DNA of 32,000 bases, taken from NCBI RefSeq assembly GCF_002310835.1, contig NZ_CP011041.1, positions 960,001 through 992,000 of the forward strand, in the 5' to 3' direction. Made by a program: the position numbers and the translations under genes. This stretch comes from Pseudoalteromonas tetraodonis. Lineage in GTDB: Bacteria > Pseudomonadota > Gammaproteobacteria > Enterobacterales > Alteromonadaceae. Below are positions 7,779 through 16,107 of the stretch, one piece after another (positions within the stretch are counted from its first letter, which is position 1; every line of letters begins with the position of its first letter). The notes under the pieces were generated by a model. It ran no database searches. It saw only the letters and a list, made by a program, of their open reading frames with translations, and was not told the origin of the DNA.

Positions 7779-8190
7779 TTTCTGGGTACGCTTGTTTGTT
7801 TTCACCGCCAGTTAAACGCTGTAACAACCGACGTTGGCTTGACAGTAATTGCCCTGAGCGTTCATTCATTATTTTGCAGGTTTTGGTTTTTAGCTCAAGT
7901 TGGTGTAATAATTTTGTGGTGAGCGAGTTTATATCAGCAGGCAGCAACGCGGTTAATTGTGCTAAGCCTTCTTTGCCACCTTGCAGGCCTAAACTCACCA
8001 AAAAGCCATCGCGCTGGTTATGCGATTCATTTAAGCTTTCTAAAAAGCCAAGCATTTTTTTATTGTGTGTTTCTAGCTGCACATTACGTTGGCTTAGCAA
8101 TTCGTATTGCGTTTCAAGTAATTCAATTAATGCGTCTAGCTTAGTAATGTCTTGTTGCAGACTTACAATATACTCTTTTACAGTTTTCAT
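7768..8190 (-). CDS. flgN: Flagellar chaperone FlgN (for FlgK/FlgL)
   Basis: 140-aa helical protein in the conserved position after flgM. Its ATG overlaps the flgM stop (ATGA). The pattern LxxLLxxEyELLxxRN...L is typical of the FlgN family. Confidence 0.8.
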   Translation of the reverse strand: MKTVKEYIVSLQQDITKLDALIELLETQYELLSQRNVQLETHNKKMLGFLESLNESHNQRDGFLVSLGLQGGKEGLAQLTALLPADINSLTTKLLHQLELKTKTCKIMNERSGQLLSSQRRLLQRLTGGENKQAYPEMPL

Positions 8191-8477
8191 TTTTTATGAA
8201 GTTCAACCATAGCGTTAACGGTTTCATCAATATTAATTTTAAATTCACCACTGGCAATTGCCGCTTTCATTTGGGCTACTTTATCCATATCAACGTCTGG
8301 CTTTGCAGCTAAATCTTGAAATGTTGAGTCTATTGATTTACTTAATGCACTCACTGAATTTACTTGCTCTTGTTTAGCCGCTACAGTTTGTTGCTCTGGT
8401 TTTGCATCCAGTGATGAACGCTGGTTTGTTTTTTGACTTTGCTCAACCGCAGTGGTCGTTATTGCGCTTATATTCAT
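8187..8477 (-). CDS. flgM: Anti-sigma-28 factor FlgM
   Basis: 96 aa with a low-complexity N-terminus. The C-terminal DMDKVAQMKAAIASGEFKINIDETVNAMVE matches the FlgM sigma-28-binding helices. Confidence 0.87.
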   Translation of the reverse strand: MNISAITTTAVEQSQKTNQRSSLDAKPEQQTVAAKQEQVNSVSALSKSIDSTFQDLAAKPDVDMDKVAQMKAAIASGEFKINIDETVNAMVELHKK

Positions 8478-8526
8478 TGTTTGTTACCTAATTCGTTTAT
8501 CGAATTTATATTGCTTAGTTTATATC

Positions 8527-8557
8527 AGCGACCAAGTACAAGCATTACTTAACTTTT
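8527..8557 (-). promoter_or_regulatory. Bipartite motif AAAAGTT-N17-GGTCGCT upstream of flgM (candidate class-3 promoter/operator)
   Basis: The minus strand reads AAAAGTT (8557-8551), 17 nt, then GGTCGCT (8533-8527), 49 nt before the flgM ATG. The same two heptamers with the same spacing occur at 19514-19544 upstream of the flagellin gene. Confidence 0.35.
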
Positions 8558-8570
8558 ATTTCGACATTTT

Positions 8571-9332
8571 TTAAAACGCCGCCTCTGCCACACCTTGCGC
8601 AATTACTCTGCCTTGAACAACTTTTTTTGATGATAAATTTTTTACATTAATAACCTCACCAAGTTGACCATCTTCAAGGGCAATAGCTTTAACATTAGCT
8701 GAGAAAGTTGCGGTCGTTATTTGCAGTGAAATATGCTCATTTTTATTGATTAAATACTGCTTTTCTAGGTACCGGTTGGAGATCACCGTGCCTTTATCAA
8801 TCTCGCGTTTAACGGTGAATCCAACGAGCTGGTCAATACCTGTTTCGCCTTGATGGCGGTGCTTGCCTAAATCCACGCTTTTATATTCTAAGTCTTGCTT
8901 ATTAAGCACTTTACCTCGGTTTAAAGTGTGCTTAGCAGCTACTAGGTTTATCCACACACTTACTTTGGCGCTGGCTCTAAAGCGCCAAGCAGGCGATGGG
9001 CAAGATACAGAAACACTTACTCTGCCTGCGGGTGGCGTGTGACTTTGTGAGCGAGTGATTTGCAATTCATCACAGCTTAAATTTTCGCTGCCTTTAGGAA
9101 TAAATAATTCTATATCTTGTCGCTGACTTTGCGAATTAACCGAGCGCAAATAGCTCTTAATTTCACTGTGCAAAAACTGCTGAATTTCTTTATCAAAATT
9201 AATGGGGGTGGCCATAGCATGAGCTGGCAGTAGTCCAATAGTTAAAAGCAAGCGGAAAAACCAACGCTTCCCTTGGGGAAGTTTAGCTTCCGTATGTTGG
9301 GCTGTTTTTTGCTCTTTTTTTATATAAGTCAT
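8571..9332 (-). CDS. flgA: Flagellar P-ring assembly chaperone FlgA
   Basis: 253 aa with a signal-like segment (WFFRLLLTIGLLPAHAMA). The C-terminal SAF-type region (GTVISNRYL...GQLGEVINVKNLSSKKVVQGRVIAQGVAEA) is typical of FlgA. It is divergent from flgB. Confidence 0.85.
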   Translation of the reverse strand: MTYIKKEQKTAQHTEAKLPQGKRWFFRLLLTIGLLPAHAMATPINFDKEIQQFLHSEIKSYLRSVNSQSQRQDIELFIPKGSENLSCDELQITRSQSHTPPAGRVSVSVSCPSPAWRFRASAKVSVWINLVAAKHTLNRGKVLNKQDLEYKSVDLGKHRHQGETGIDQLVGFTVKREIDKGTVISNRYLEKQYLINKNEHISLQITTATFSANVKAIALEDGQLGEVINVKNLSSKKVVQGRVIAQGVAEAAF

Positions 9333-9355
9333 TGAAAAAATATACTTTTAAAAGT

Positions 9356-9371
9356 TGGCATAAAGGTTGTT
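9356..9371 (+). promoter_or_regulatory. Candidate sigma-54 promoter for the flgB operon
   Basis: TGGCAT-AAAGG-TTGTT. The GG and the G(T) are 12 nt apart as in TGGCAC-N5-TTGCW, but the -12 element reads GT instead of GC. It lies ~65 nt upstream of the preferred flgB ATG. Confidence 0.4.
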
Positions 9372-9436
9372 ATACACAAGGTAGAAAGTGTATGCGAAGC
9401 GCGAAAGCATACAAGAAACAAAAATTAGAGGCAACA

Positions 9437-9811
9437 ATGGAACTATTTGATAAAGCGTTAGGTGTTCACCCTTTTTCAATGAAATTAAGGTTAGACAGAG
9501 CAGAAATCATTGCCAGTAACTTGGCTAATGTTGACACGCCAGGGTTTAAATCTCGAGATGTAGATTACCGTCAAATTATGCAAAGTGTTTCATCCAGTTT
9601 TTCGCAAAACAGAGATGTTGATTTTGCTGGCGTACAAACAGATGAACTTAAATATCGCGTTCCTTATCAACCATCAAGTGATGGTAATACTGTTGAGTTA
9701 AATATTGAGCAAGCAAAATTTGCTAGCAACAGTATGGATTTTCAAACCAGTTTGACCTTTTTAAATATGAAAATAAATGGCTTACATAAAGTTATTTCAG
9801 GGAAATCATAA
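9437..9811 (+). CDS. flgB: Flagellar basal-body rod protein FlgB
   Basis: I prefer ATG 9437 (GAGG 5 nt upstream). MELFDKALGVH...RAEIIASNLANVDTPGFKSRD is the FlgB N-terminal rod motif. The ORF-track start at 9332 would abut the flgA start codon at the same base and adds a non-conserved basic leader. Confidence 0.9.
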   Translation: MELFDKALGVHPFSMKLRLDRAEIIASNLANVDTPGFKSRDVDYRQIMQSVSSSFSQNRDVDFAGVQTDELKYRVPYQPSSDGNTVELNIEQAKFASNSMDFQTSLTFLNMKINGLHKVISGKS

Positions 9812-10227
9812 TGTCTTTTAATTCAATTTATGACGCTAGCGGCAGCGCCATGCGCGCTCAAGTTATTCGCCTCGATACCATTGCATCTAACTTAGCGAAT
9901 GCCGATACCGCAGCCGGTTCAGAAGCCGACGCTTACAAGGCACTTAAACCGGTATTTTCTGCTTTGTACAAACAAACTCAAGACAGCCAATCAATTTCAG
10001 CCTCGGTTGATGTACTAGGGATCACTGAGTCAAACCGAGCGGTAGAGCAGCGCTACGAGCCAAACAACCCAATAGCTAACAACGATGGTTATGTATTTTA
10101 CTCCAACGTAAATGCACTCGAAGAAATGGCAGACATGATGTCTGCAAGTCGCAGCTATCAAACATCTGTTGAAGTAATGGGGCGTGTAAATAGCATGCAG
10201 CAAAGCATTCTTAAGTTAGGGCAATAA
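9811..10227 (+). CDS. flgC: Flagellar basal-body rod protein FlgC
   Basis: MSFNSIYDASGSAMRAQVIRLDTIASNLANADT...SYQTSVEVM is the canonical FlgC pattern. Its start overlaps the flgB stop (TAATG). Confidence 0.93.
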   Translation: MSFNSIYDASGSAMRAQVIRLDTIASNLANADTAAGSEADAYKALKPVFSALYKQTQDSQSISASVDVLGITESNRAVEQRYEPNNPIANNDGYVFYSNVNALEEMADMMSASRSYQTSVEVMGRVNSMQQSILKLGQ

Positions 10228-10231
10228 TATT

Positions 10232-10885
10232 ATGCAAGTTAATTCAGCCGTTCCAAGCGCTGCAGACGCCACAAAAAACACCACGAATATTGCCGGTAAT
10301 AGTTCTGCAGATGAAATGTCGACCATGTTTTTAGAGTTACTCGTTGCGCAAATTAGTAATCAAAATCCATTACAACCTATGGACGGCACTCAGTATGTAA
10401 GCCAGCTTGCAGAGTTTTCGAATGTTGAGTCGTTACAAAGCATTCGCCAAAACACCGCCGATGGCTTGGATTATGTCAGCAGCTTAGCGGTGCTTGAAGC
10501 CACTAATATGGTTGGTCAAACGGTTGATGTGCAAGCAAGCAGTATTGCCCTTGAGCAAGATGGCAGTGTCTCAGGCATGGTTAATTTAGGTGAAGCCGCA
10601 GACTCTGTCACTGTACAACTTTATAACCAAGATGGTGAGTTAGTTGAAGAAAAACAACTGCCTTATTCAGGAGTCGGTTCGCTGCGTTTTGAATTTGAAA
10701 ACCAAGAAGCCGGTGCGTATGCAGTCAGAGCGTATGCCACTACAGCCGAGGTGCCAAAGCAGCTTGATACTTGGTTAAGCGGTGAGGTTGAGCGTGTTTC
10801 TGTAGGTAAGTCGTTAGAAGATATTTTATTGCAAGTCGATGGTTTGGGTAATTTTGGTATCACTGAAATTAATCAAGTGGCATAA
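10232..10885 (+). CDS. flgD: Hook capping/assembly protein FlgD
   Basis: FLELLVAQISNQNPLQPMDGTQYVSQLAEFSNVESLQ is the FlgD N-domain signature. Confidence 0.92.
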   Translation: MQVNSAVPSAADATKNTTNIAGNSSADEMSTMFLELLVAQISNQNPLQPMDGTQYVSQLAEFSNVESLQSIRQNTADGLDYVSSLAVLEATNMVGQTVDVQASSIALEQDGSVSGMVNLGEAADSVTVQLYNQDGELVEEKQLPYSGVGSLRFEFENQEAGAYAVRAYATTAEVPKQLDTWLSGEVERVSVGKSLEDILLQVDGLGNFGITEINQVA

Positions 10886-10903
10886 ATAAGAGGAATAAAT
10901 AAT

Positions 10904-12232
10904 ATGTCTATGTTCAATATAGGATTAAGTGGTCTTAAAAGTACCCAAGCAGGATTAGAAGTAACCAGTAATAATATTGCTAACTCGGGTACTGCTGGTT
11001 ATAAAAATAACACTGCAGAATTTGCCGCGGTTTATAACGGTAGCCAACGCGGTGGTGTAAAAGTTGCCAATGTTAAAGAAGATTTTGTTACCGGTGGTGA
11101 AATTGTGCGCACTGGTAATGCGCTGGATATTGCTATTGATGGCCAAGGGTTTTTTGCCATATCAGAAAACGGCCGAACGGCTTACACCCAAGCTGGCCAG
11201 TTTCAGTTAGATAACGACTTAAATGTTGTTAATGCCAACGGCGGCAAACTGCAAGGCTTTGGCGTGTCTCAAGTTGATGGTGGTGATCCGACAATTGTAC
11301 CGGGTGTATTAACCGATTTAAAAATTGAAGCCTCAAACATAGAAGCGCAAGCTAGTACAAACATTAATTTTAACGGTAACTTAAGTTCTTCTAGCGACGT
11401 GATTGCTTATCCAACAGCTCCTGCGGTATTTGATCCTAAAGATGGTAGCCAATATAACTTTTCTCAATCTACCGAAGTGTTCGACTCATTAGGTAATAGC
11501 CATGTGATGACCCAGTACTTTAACCATACGGGTAGTAACGAATGGCAAGCGATGTTTTTCTTAGATGGTAAACCCCTTACTCAAGGTCAGCTCTCAGCGC
11601 TTGGTGCTACGACAGGTACTCAAGCTATTGATGATGGTGCGGGTGGTTCAATTAACGCCGGTACCATTACACTTAACTTTGATACCGATGGCCAAATGGT
11701 GCCGTTTTCAGGCGATTTAACGGCGGTTGATTTAGAAGTGCCTATTACTTCAACACCAGGTAATGCAGAAATAACCAGTGGTGCTGCAGCATTAAATATC
11801 GCACTTAAATTCGATGGCACTACGCAGTTTGGTTCAAGTTTCAGTGTTAACGAAAATGATGCCAACGGCTATACCTCAGGAGCGTTCTCTGGTGTGAAAG
11901 TTGAAGACGATGGCCGTGTATTTGCGACATTTACTAACGGTGAATCTAAATTACAAGGCCAAGTTGTACTTGCCTCGTTTGCGAACGTTGATGGTTTAGA
12001 GCAAGGCAGCAATACCGTGTGGTATCAAACTGAAGAGTCTGGCTCTGCACTCTACGGCGAGCCAGAAAGTGGCTCTTTGGGTAAATTGCTATCGGGTTCA
12101 TTTATGGGCTCAAATGTTGATATTAGTGAGCAGCTGGTTGGCTTAATGTCATTTCAACAAAATTACCAAGCCAATGCTAAAACCATCAGCAGCGCTGATG
12201 AAATGATGCAAATTTTATTTAGTAACACCTAA
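10904..12232 (+). CDS. flgE: Flagellar hook protein FlgE
   Basis: N-terminal SGLKSTQAGLEVTSNNIANSGTAGYK, then ALDIAIDGQGFFAI...YTQAGQF, and C-terminal SNVDISEQLVGLMSFQQNYQANAKTI. 442 aa. Confidence 0.93.
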   Translation: MSMFNIGLSGLKSTQAGLEVTSNNIANSGTAGYKNNTAEFAAVYNGSQRGGVKVANVKEDFVTGGEIVRTGNALDIAIDGQGFFAISENGRTAYTQAGQFQLDNDLNVVNANGGKLQGFGVSQVDGGDPTIVPGVLTDLKIEASNIEAQASTNINFNGNLSSSSDVIAYPTAPAVFDPKDGSQYNFSQSTEVFDSLGNSHVMTQYFNHTGSNEWQAMFFLDGKPLTQGQLSALGATTGTQAIDDGAGGSINAGTITLNFDTDGQMVPFSGDLTAVDLEVPITSTPGNAEITSGAAALNIALKFDGTTQFGSSFSVNENDANGYTSGAFSGVKVEDDGRVFATFTNGESKLQGQVVLASFANVDGLEQGSNTVWYQTEESGSALYGEPESGSLGKLLSGSFMGSNVDISEQLVGLMSFQQNYQANAKTISSADEMMQILFSNT

Positions 12233-12243
12233 GGAAGCTGAGC

Positions 12244-12975
12244 GTGGAAAAGTTAATTTATACCGCCGTCTCGGGTGCTGAACTTAATAATACCGCCTTA
12301 CGTGTTGCTGCAAATAACCTAGCAAATGTTAGTACGGTGGGCTTTAAAGCCGACTTAGAGCAAGCGCAATCAATGATGGTACAAGGCGAGGGGTTTCGTA
12401 CTCGTTACCACGCGCAACTAACGCCAGTAACTACTGATTTATCGTCAGGGCCAATCATGGACACTGGCCGTAACCTTGATATAGCGCTGAGCAATGGCGG
12501 TTATTTAGAAGTGATGGATGACAATGGCGAACCGGCTTATACCCGCGCGGGTAATTTAGTGGTTGATGCCGATGGCTTTGTTACTGTTAATGGCCGACGT
12601 GTGCAAGGTGACGGTGGCGATATTCAACTTCCTGAGTTTGGTGATATTGAAATTGGCTCAAACGGCATGATTAACCTAACCCCCATTGGTGGCGGTGTAA
12701 TTGCAGAAGATGCGCAAATTAAATTAGCCAGCACCGATGCAAATTTAATTAAAGGTGCTGATGGCTTACTCAGAGCTAACGATTTACAGCCTCTTGAGGC
12801 CGACGAAACAATCACAGTAAGAACTGGTGCTTTAGAAGGCTCTAATGTGAATGCCGTGGCTGAAATGATCAAAACCATGAATATCAGTCGCCAATTTGAA
12901 ATGAACGTAAAAATGATGAAGTCTGCTGACGAATTAGCGACCAGCGGTAATAAGCTCATCAGTGGACGTGGATAA
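12244..12975 (+). CDS. flgF: Proximal rod protein FlgF
   Basis: GTG start 6 nt after AAGGAAG. LIYTAVSGAELNNTALRVAANNLANVSTVGFKAD and the C-terminal EGSNVNAVAEMIKTMNISRQFEMNVKMM are rod-family motifs. Confidence 0.9.
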   Translation: MEKLIYTAVSGAELNNTALRVAANNLANVSTVGFKADLEQAQSMMVQGEGFRTRYHAQLTPVTTDLSSGPIMDTGRNLDIALSNGGYLEVMDDNGEPAYTRAGNLVVDADGFVTVNGRRVQGDGGDIQLPEFGDIEIGSNGMINLTPIGGGVIAEDAQIKLASTDANLIKGADGLLRANDLQPLEADETITVRTGALEGSNVNAVAEMIKTMNISRQFEMNVKMMKSADELATSGNKLISGRG

Positions 12976-12989
12976 ACAGGAAGCCAAAC

Positions 12990-13775
12990 ATGAATTCAGC
13001 ATTATGGGTGAGTAAAACTGGTCTTGCAGCGCAAGATTTAAGAATGACAACAATATCTAATAACCTCGCGAACGTGAGCACTGCCGGTTTTAAAAAAGAC
13101 AGAGCGGTATTTGAAGACTTATTTTACCAAGTACAAAAACAACCTGGCGCGCAGGTAGATGAGCTTAATCAGCTGCCATCTGGGATTCAGGTGGGAACCG
13201 GTGTGCGTATTAACGGCACGCAAAAGCAATTTACTGAAGGCAGTTTTGAAACAACCAGTAATCAGTTAGATGTGGCCATTGCTGGGCAAGGTTTCTTTCA
13301 AATTGAAAGCCCTGACGGCGAGTTATTATTTACCCGTAACGGTCAGTTTCAGCTTAACTCTGAGTCATTACTGGTAAACAGCAACGGCTTACCATTGGCA
13401 CAAAATATTGCGCTGCCAGAGGGCACCACTAAAGTGAGTATTGGCACCGATGGCACCGTTACTGCGGTAGTGGGTAAAGATGCGCAAGCGGTAGAGTTAG
13501 GTCAAATGTTAACGGTTAACTTTGCAAACCCTGCAGGCTTACAAAGTTTAGGTGGCAACTTGTACCGCGAAACAGCGGCATCCGGTGAACCTGTTGAGGG
13601 TATCCCTGGCGAAGATGCTTTTGGGGGCTTACAACAATTTACTATTGAAGGCTCAAACGTGAGCGTCGTTGATGAAATGGTGAGCATGATTGCCGTACAG
13701 CGCGCTTACGAGATGAACGCTAAAGTAGTCTCTGCGGCAGATGAAATGCTGCGCTTTATAAACCAAAACGTATGA
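12990..13775 (+). CDS. flgG: Distal rod protein FlgG
   Basis: ALWVSKTGLAAQDLRMTTISNNLANVSTAGFKKDRAVFEDL...IEGSNVSVVDEMVSMIAVQRAYEMNAKVV. 261 aa, canonical FlgG. Confidence 0.95.
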   Translation: MNSALWVSKTGLAAQDLRMTTISNNLANVSTAGFKKDRAVFEDLFYQVQKQPGAQVDELNQLPSGIQVGTGVRINGTQKQFTEGSFETTSNQLDVAIAGQGFFQIESPDGELLFTRNGQFQLNSESLLVNSNGLPLAQNIALPEGTTKVSIGTDGTVTAVVGKDAQAVELGQMLTVNFANPAGLQSLGGNLYRETAASGEPVEGIPGEDAFGGLQQFTIEGSNVSVVDEMVSMIAVQRAYEMNAKVVSAADEMLRFINQNV

Positions 13776-14500
13776 TTATGATGAATAAGTTAACATTATT
13801 TTTGCTGCTTTTAGGTGTTGCTGGTTGCAGCAACACTCCATCAAAAACCCAAATGGTGGAATGTGAAGTGGTGTATGGGGAAGTGAAATGCCCACAAAAT
13901 ACCACTCAAAAATCAGTTCAAGACTATGAAATAAGCCAAGATGCCTATGCACAGGGTTTGAATCAGCAAGATGGTAGCTTATTTCAAGATAACTATATGT
14001 TTTCTTTGTATGCAGATAAACGTGCTTACCGGGTTGGCGATATTTTAACTGTGGTGCTTAACGAGCGTACGCAATCGAGTAAAAGTGCCGATTCGAGTTT
14101 AGATAAAAGTACCGACTTGGATGTTTCGGTGCCAGTAGCTGGTGCACTCAATGTAGCTGATTTTAATTTGGGTATAGGCTCGAGTGCTAAGTTTGACGGT
14201 GAAAGCAGTGCCAGCCAGCAAAACTTCCTCAGTGGCGCTATTACTGTACGGGTTAATCATGTTTTATCTAATGGGTCGCTGGTTATTAAAGGGCGTAAGC
14301 AAATTAAGCTCAACCAAGGTGATGAATACATTGAAATTGAAGGGTTGGTTCGCCCAGGCGATATTGATGTAAGTAACCGTGTTTCGTCGCTTCGTATTGC
14401 AGAGGCACAAATAAGTTATACCGGCAAAGGCACTTTGGCAGATGCGAATCGCCCAGGTTGGTTTACCACTTTATTTACCCGATTCTTAAATCCGTTTTAA
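13772..14500 (+). CDS. flgH: L-ring lipoprotein FlgH
   Basis: Lipobox LLLLGVAGC-S, then DKRAYRVGDILTVVLNERTQSSKSA...ISYTGKG. Its start overlaps the flgG stop (ATGA). Confidence 0.92.
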   Translation: MIMMNKLTLFLLLLGVAGCSNTPSKTQMVECEVVYGEVKCPQNTTQKSVQDYEISQDAYAQGLNQQDGSLFQDNYMFSLYADKRAYRVGDILTVVLNERTQSSKSADSSLDKSTDLDVSVPVAGALNVADFNLGIGSSAKFDGESSASQQNFLSGAITVRVNHVLSNGSLVIKGRKQIKLNQGDEYIEIEGLVRPGDIDVSNRVSSLRIAEAQISYTGKGTLADANRPGWFTTLFTRFLNPF

Positions 14501-14518
14501 GGGATTACTGAGGTTTTA

Positions 14519-15628
14519 ATGAAATATTTACTATTAATGCTAGTGTGCTTTTTTAGCCTATTAGCGCCTGCAACTGTAGCCGCCAAAGCACGTCCATTAC
14601 TAGATATTGTTGATGTGCTAGGTGTGCGAGAAAACCAACTGGTAGGTTACGGACTAGTGGTAGGTTTACCGGGGTCGGGTGATAAAGCCCAAGTGAAATT
14701 TGCCGGCCAATCATTAAGTAATATGCTAAAGCAATTTGGTGTCTCTGTAGATGAAGAACGATTACCAAAATCAAAAAATATAGCGGCTGTTGCGGTACAT
14801 GCTACGTTGCCGCCAATGGGAAGCCCAGGCCAAGCCATTGATGTAACTGTGAACTCATTAGGCGATGCAAAAAGCTTACATGGTGGTAGCTTAATGTTGA
14901 CCCCGTTAAAAGGGGTTGATGGCAAAGTGTATGCGCTAGCACAAGGTAACTTAGTGGTAGGGGGTATTAATGCCAGTGGTAAAAGTGGCTCCTCGGTGAC
15001 TGTCAATGTGCCTACTTCGGGGCTTATTCCCAATGGCGCCATCATTGAGCGCAGTGTTACGGCTATGTATGAAAGCCAAAGCGATGTGATTCTTAATTTA
15101 AAAGATCCAAATTATCAAACTGCTCGCAATGTCGTGCGCGCAATAAACAAAGTATTTGGACCCGATGTGGCCACTGCTGAAAATTGGGCGCGTTTAGTGG
15201 TCAGTGCGCCAAGCGATGCCAATAGTCGCAACACGTTTATGTCGATGCTACAAGACATTAGTGTAGAGCAAGGCTCTGAGCGTCCTAAAATCGTATTTAA
15301 TAGTCGCACCGGTACTGTCGTAATGAACGATACTGTACGGGTGAATCAGGCGGCTGTTAATCATGGCAATTTAACCATTACCATTAGCGAACAAGAGCAA
15401 GTGTCGCAACCTGGGCCGTTTTCAAATGGCCAAACCACAGCTACACAATCAAGTGATATCACGGTAGATCAACAACAAAGAAATATGCTGCTGTGGCCTG
15501 AAGGCACCTCATTAGATGAGATAGTAAAAGCGGTAAATGCACTTGGCGCAACGCCAGCCGAGTTAATGTCGATACTAATTGCACTAGATAATGCTGGGGC
15601 TCTAGAAGCCGAGCTATTAGTTATTTAA
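14519..15628 (+). CDS. flgI: P-ring protein FlgI
   Basis: Signal peptide, then NQLVGYGLVVGLPGSGDK, and C-terminal IVKAVNALGATPAELMSILIALDNAGALEAELLVI. Confidence 0.95.
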   Translation: MKYLLLMLVCFFSLLAPATVAAKARPLLDIVDVLGVRENQLVGYGLVVGLPGSGDKAQVKFAGQSLSNMLKQFGVSVDEERLPKSKNIAAVAVHATLPPMGSPGQAIDVTVNSLGDAKSLHGGSLMLTPLKGVDGKVYALAQGNLVVGGINASGKSGSSVTVNVPTSGLIPNGAIIERSVTAMYESQSDVILNLKDPNYQTARNVVRAINKVFGPDVATAENWARLVVSAPSDANSRNTFMSMLQDISVEQGSERPKIVFNSRTGTVVMNDTVRVNQAAVNHGNLTITISEQEQVSQPGPFSNGQTTATQSSDITVDQQQRNMLLWPEGTSLDEIVKAVNALGATPAELMSILIALDNAGALEAELLVI

Positions 15629-15639
15629 AGGAAATAGCC

Positions 15640-16101
15640 ATGAAAATAGAGTCATCAACCCAATTATCTCAGTCATTAGCGATAGACCCCACTCACCTAG
15701 AAAATATTACCGGCAACAGTGAAGCAGGCGTAAAGCAAGCGGCAGAGCAGTTTGAAGCGATTTTTTTACAACTCGTGTTAAAAAGCATGGACAGCACCAC
15801 CAAAACTATGGCCGGTGACAATGGTTTTTTTAATAGTAACGAGCAAGCCCAATTTAGAGACATGCATAACGCCCAAACTGCGCAGCACTTGGCCTCAACT
15901 CATCAATTGGGTTTAGCCGAAGCGATTATTAAGCAGTTTGATGAGAAAATTACCCCGATAGAAAATACATTTAAGAATAGCCAAACCTTGGTCGCTAATG
16001 ATCATCATAAAGATGCTGAAAATGTTGAACCCACCAAAAGCTATGATATTTATGCAGGGTCGGCGTTTGTTCAGCCATTGAATGCTAATACGATTAGGTA
16101 G
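15640..16101 (+). CDS. flgJ: Rod-binding (FlgJ N-domain-only) protein, 153 aa
   Basis: AAEQFEAIFLQLVLKSMDS is the Rod_binding motif. The ORF stops at 153 aa with no glucosaminidase/muramidase domain. Confidence 0.8.
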   Translation: MKIESSTQLSQSLAIDPTHLENITGNSEAGVKQAAEQFEAIFLQLVLKSMDSTTKTMAGDNGFFNSNEQAQFRDMHNAQTAQHLASTHQLGLAEAIIKQFDEKITPIENTFKNSQTLVANDHHKDAENVEPTKSYDIYAGSAFVQPLNANTIR

Positions 16102-16107
16102 TTAATT

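Noticed and set aside
9332-9436. N-terminal 35-codon extension of flgB given by the ORF track (start 9332)
   Set aside because: The extension is basic and not FlgB-like, and it begins at the same base as the flgA start codon on the opposite strand. ATG 9437 has a GAGG RBS and gives the conserved FlgB N-terminus.
14647-15045. Antisense/shadow ORFs inside flagellar genes and the permease gene: 14647-15045, 14553-14774, 16881-17273, 16335-16652, 19878-20303, 20686-21027, 26417-27004, 30858-31244, 12624-12959, 7796-8212, 21849-22262, 5774-6094
   Set aside because: Each lies opposite, or out of frame with, a gene that has strong family-level support. They have low-complexity or Ser/Leu/Cys-rich translations and no RBS context, which is typical of shadow ORFs.
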